DNA of 64,000 nucleotides from Spirosomataceae bacterium (GTDB taxonomy: Bacteria > Bacteroidota > Bacteroidia > Cytophagales > Spirosomataceae), in contig JAXLVD010000017.1 of NCBI GenBank assembly GCA_046329125.1, positions 16,048-80,047 on the forward strand. Reading direction: 5' to 3'. The notes beneath the pieces were generated by a model. The model was not told the DNA's origin, did not search any database, and saw only the letters and a program-made list of their open reading frames with translations. Position numbers and translations under genes: made by a program. Positions within the stretch are counted from its first letter, which is position 1; each line of letters opens with the position of its first letter. Positions 63,379-64,000 of this stretch are shown here, piece by piece.

Positions 63379-64000
63379 TTATTCGGTTTTCAAACTTTTG
63401 ACCGGATTCATCAAAGCCGCTTTAATCGCTTGAAAGCTGACCGTAATTAAGGTGATGCTAACGGCTAAGAGGGTCGTACCCACAAAAATCCACCGGGAAA
63501 TTTCGGTATGATAGGTATATTTTTGGAGCCATTGCTGTAAGAAATAATAGCCAAGCGGGGCAGCAATCACGCACGAAATGAGCACTAAAATCACAAAGTC
63601 AAAAGAAAGCAATTGCCAAAGGCTTGTCACCGACGCTCCCAATACTTTGCGAATCCCGATTTCTTTCGTACGTTGCTCGGCCACAAAAGAGGCCAAACCG
63701 AAAATGCCCAAACAACTGATAAAAATGGCTAATCCGGAAAAGAAGCCCGCCAACTTTCCGATACGCACTTCGTTGTCAAATTTTCGGTTATAATCTTCAT
63801 CCACAAATCGGTATTCAAAAGGTTGCGAAGGGTTGAATTTTTTGAAAACGGTTTCAATTTTGCTCAGGGCGTCGGAGGCACTGAGCGAAGGATTGATTTT
63901 TAGTATGGTAAAAACCCCGGCATAGTTGGCCAATGTGAAAACACAGGGTTTGATCTCCTGATAAGGCGATTGGATTACCATGTTTTTCACGACTCCGATG
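63379..64000 (-). CDS. P17: C-terminal part of another orphan FtsX-type permease (5' end beyond window)
   Basis: The frame is open to the window edge. It contains EQRTKEIGIRKVLGAS, three C-terminal TM segments, and ends NPVKSLKTE. Confidence 0.88.
   Translation of the reverse strand, partial: IGVVKNMVIQSPYQEIKPCVFTLANYAGVFTILKINPSLSASDALSKIETVFKKFNPSQPFEYRFVDEDYNRKFDNEVRIGKLAGFFSGLAIFISCLGIFGLASFVAEQRTKEIGIRKVLGASVTSLWQLLSFDFVILVLISCVIAAPLGYYFLQQWLQKYTYHTEISRWIFVGTTLLAVSITLITVSFQAIKAALMNPVKSLKTE

Noticed and set aside
15777-64000. The array as a mobile element, integrative island or phage-derived cassette.
   Set aside because: I recognised no integrase, transposase, recombinase, tRNA attachment site or flanking direct repeats. 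The repeats present are explained by paralog homology.

Overview
All calls rest on by-eye motif reading and hand alignment; no database search or folding program was run.

The window looks like Bacteroidota (Cytophagia-like) chromosomal DNA. Evidence for that is roughly 45% GC by eye, SusC/OMP-style and FtsX-style paralogy, and one TAnnTTTG promoter box. No rRNA, tRNA, CRISPR array, transposase or integrase was recognised.

**Left 15.5 kb: ordinary mixed cargo.**
- The tail of a type I R-M locus: hsdR translationally coupled to a YgjP/DUF45-type metallohydrolase.
- A secreted six-hairpin-like protein and an M3 peptidyl-dipeptidase (Dcp-like).
- An outer-membrane beta-barrel protein followed by a LolA-like protein.
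- An LTXXQ (Spy/CpxP-like) periplasmic protein, a small GT2 glycosyltransferase, and a CBM9/DUF5916-like protein.

**Right 48 kb (15777-64000): the standout.**
- It holds 17 co-directional (minus strand) paralogs of an 800-900 aa 'orphan' permease, named P1-P17 here. Each has two FtsX/MacB-like modules. P1 is frameshifted and P17 is cut by the window edge.
- The permeases are arranged in operon-like modules, each headed by a ~110-aa PadR-type regulator (R1-R5): R1-P4-P3-P2-P1; R2-P8-P7-P6-P5; R3-P11-P10-P9; R4-P14-P13-P12; P15 alone; R5-P16(-lipoprotein); ...P17.
- No ABC ATPase is encoded anywhere in the array.

**Main findings in the array.**
- A bipartite palindromic site (TGTCC-N6-GGACA plus a degenerate copy 20-22 bp away) lies ~100-130 nt upstream of all five padR genes and of the stand-alone P15.
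- Most permeases carry an ~80-aa cytoplasmic N-terminal 'prefix' domain. Its sequence class is specific to each module and PadR, whereas permease body types are shuffled between modules.
- 5' gene segments show sharp gene-conversion tracts.
- Intercistronic hairpin and palindrome repeat families are present.
- P1 is disrupted by a 4-nt tandem duplication.

I interpret the array as a self-regulated, multi-module envelope sensing or efflux system of unknown function.
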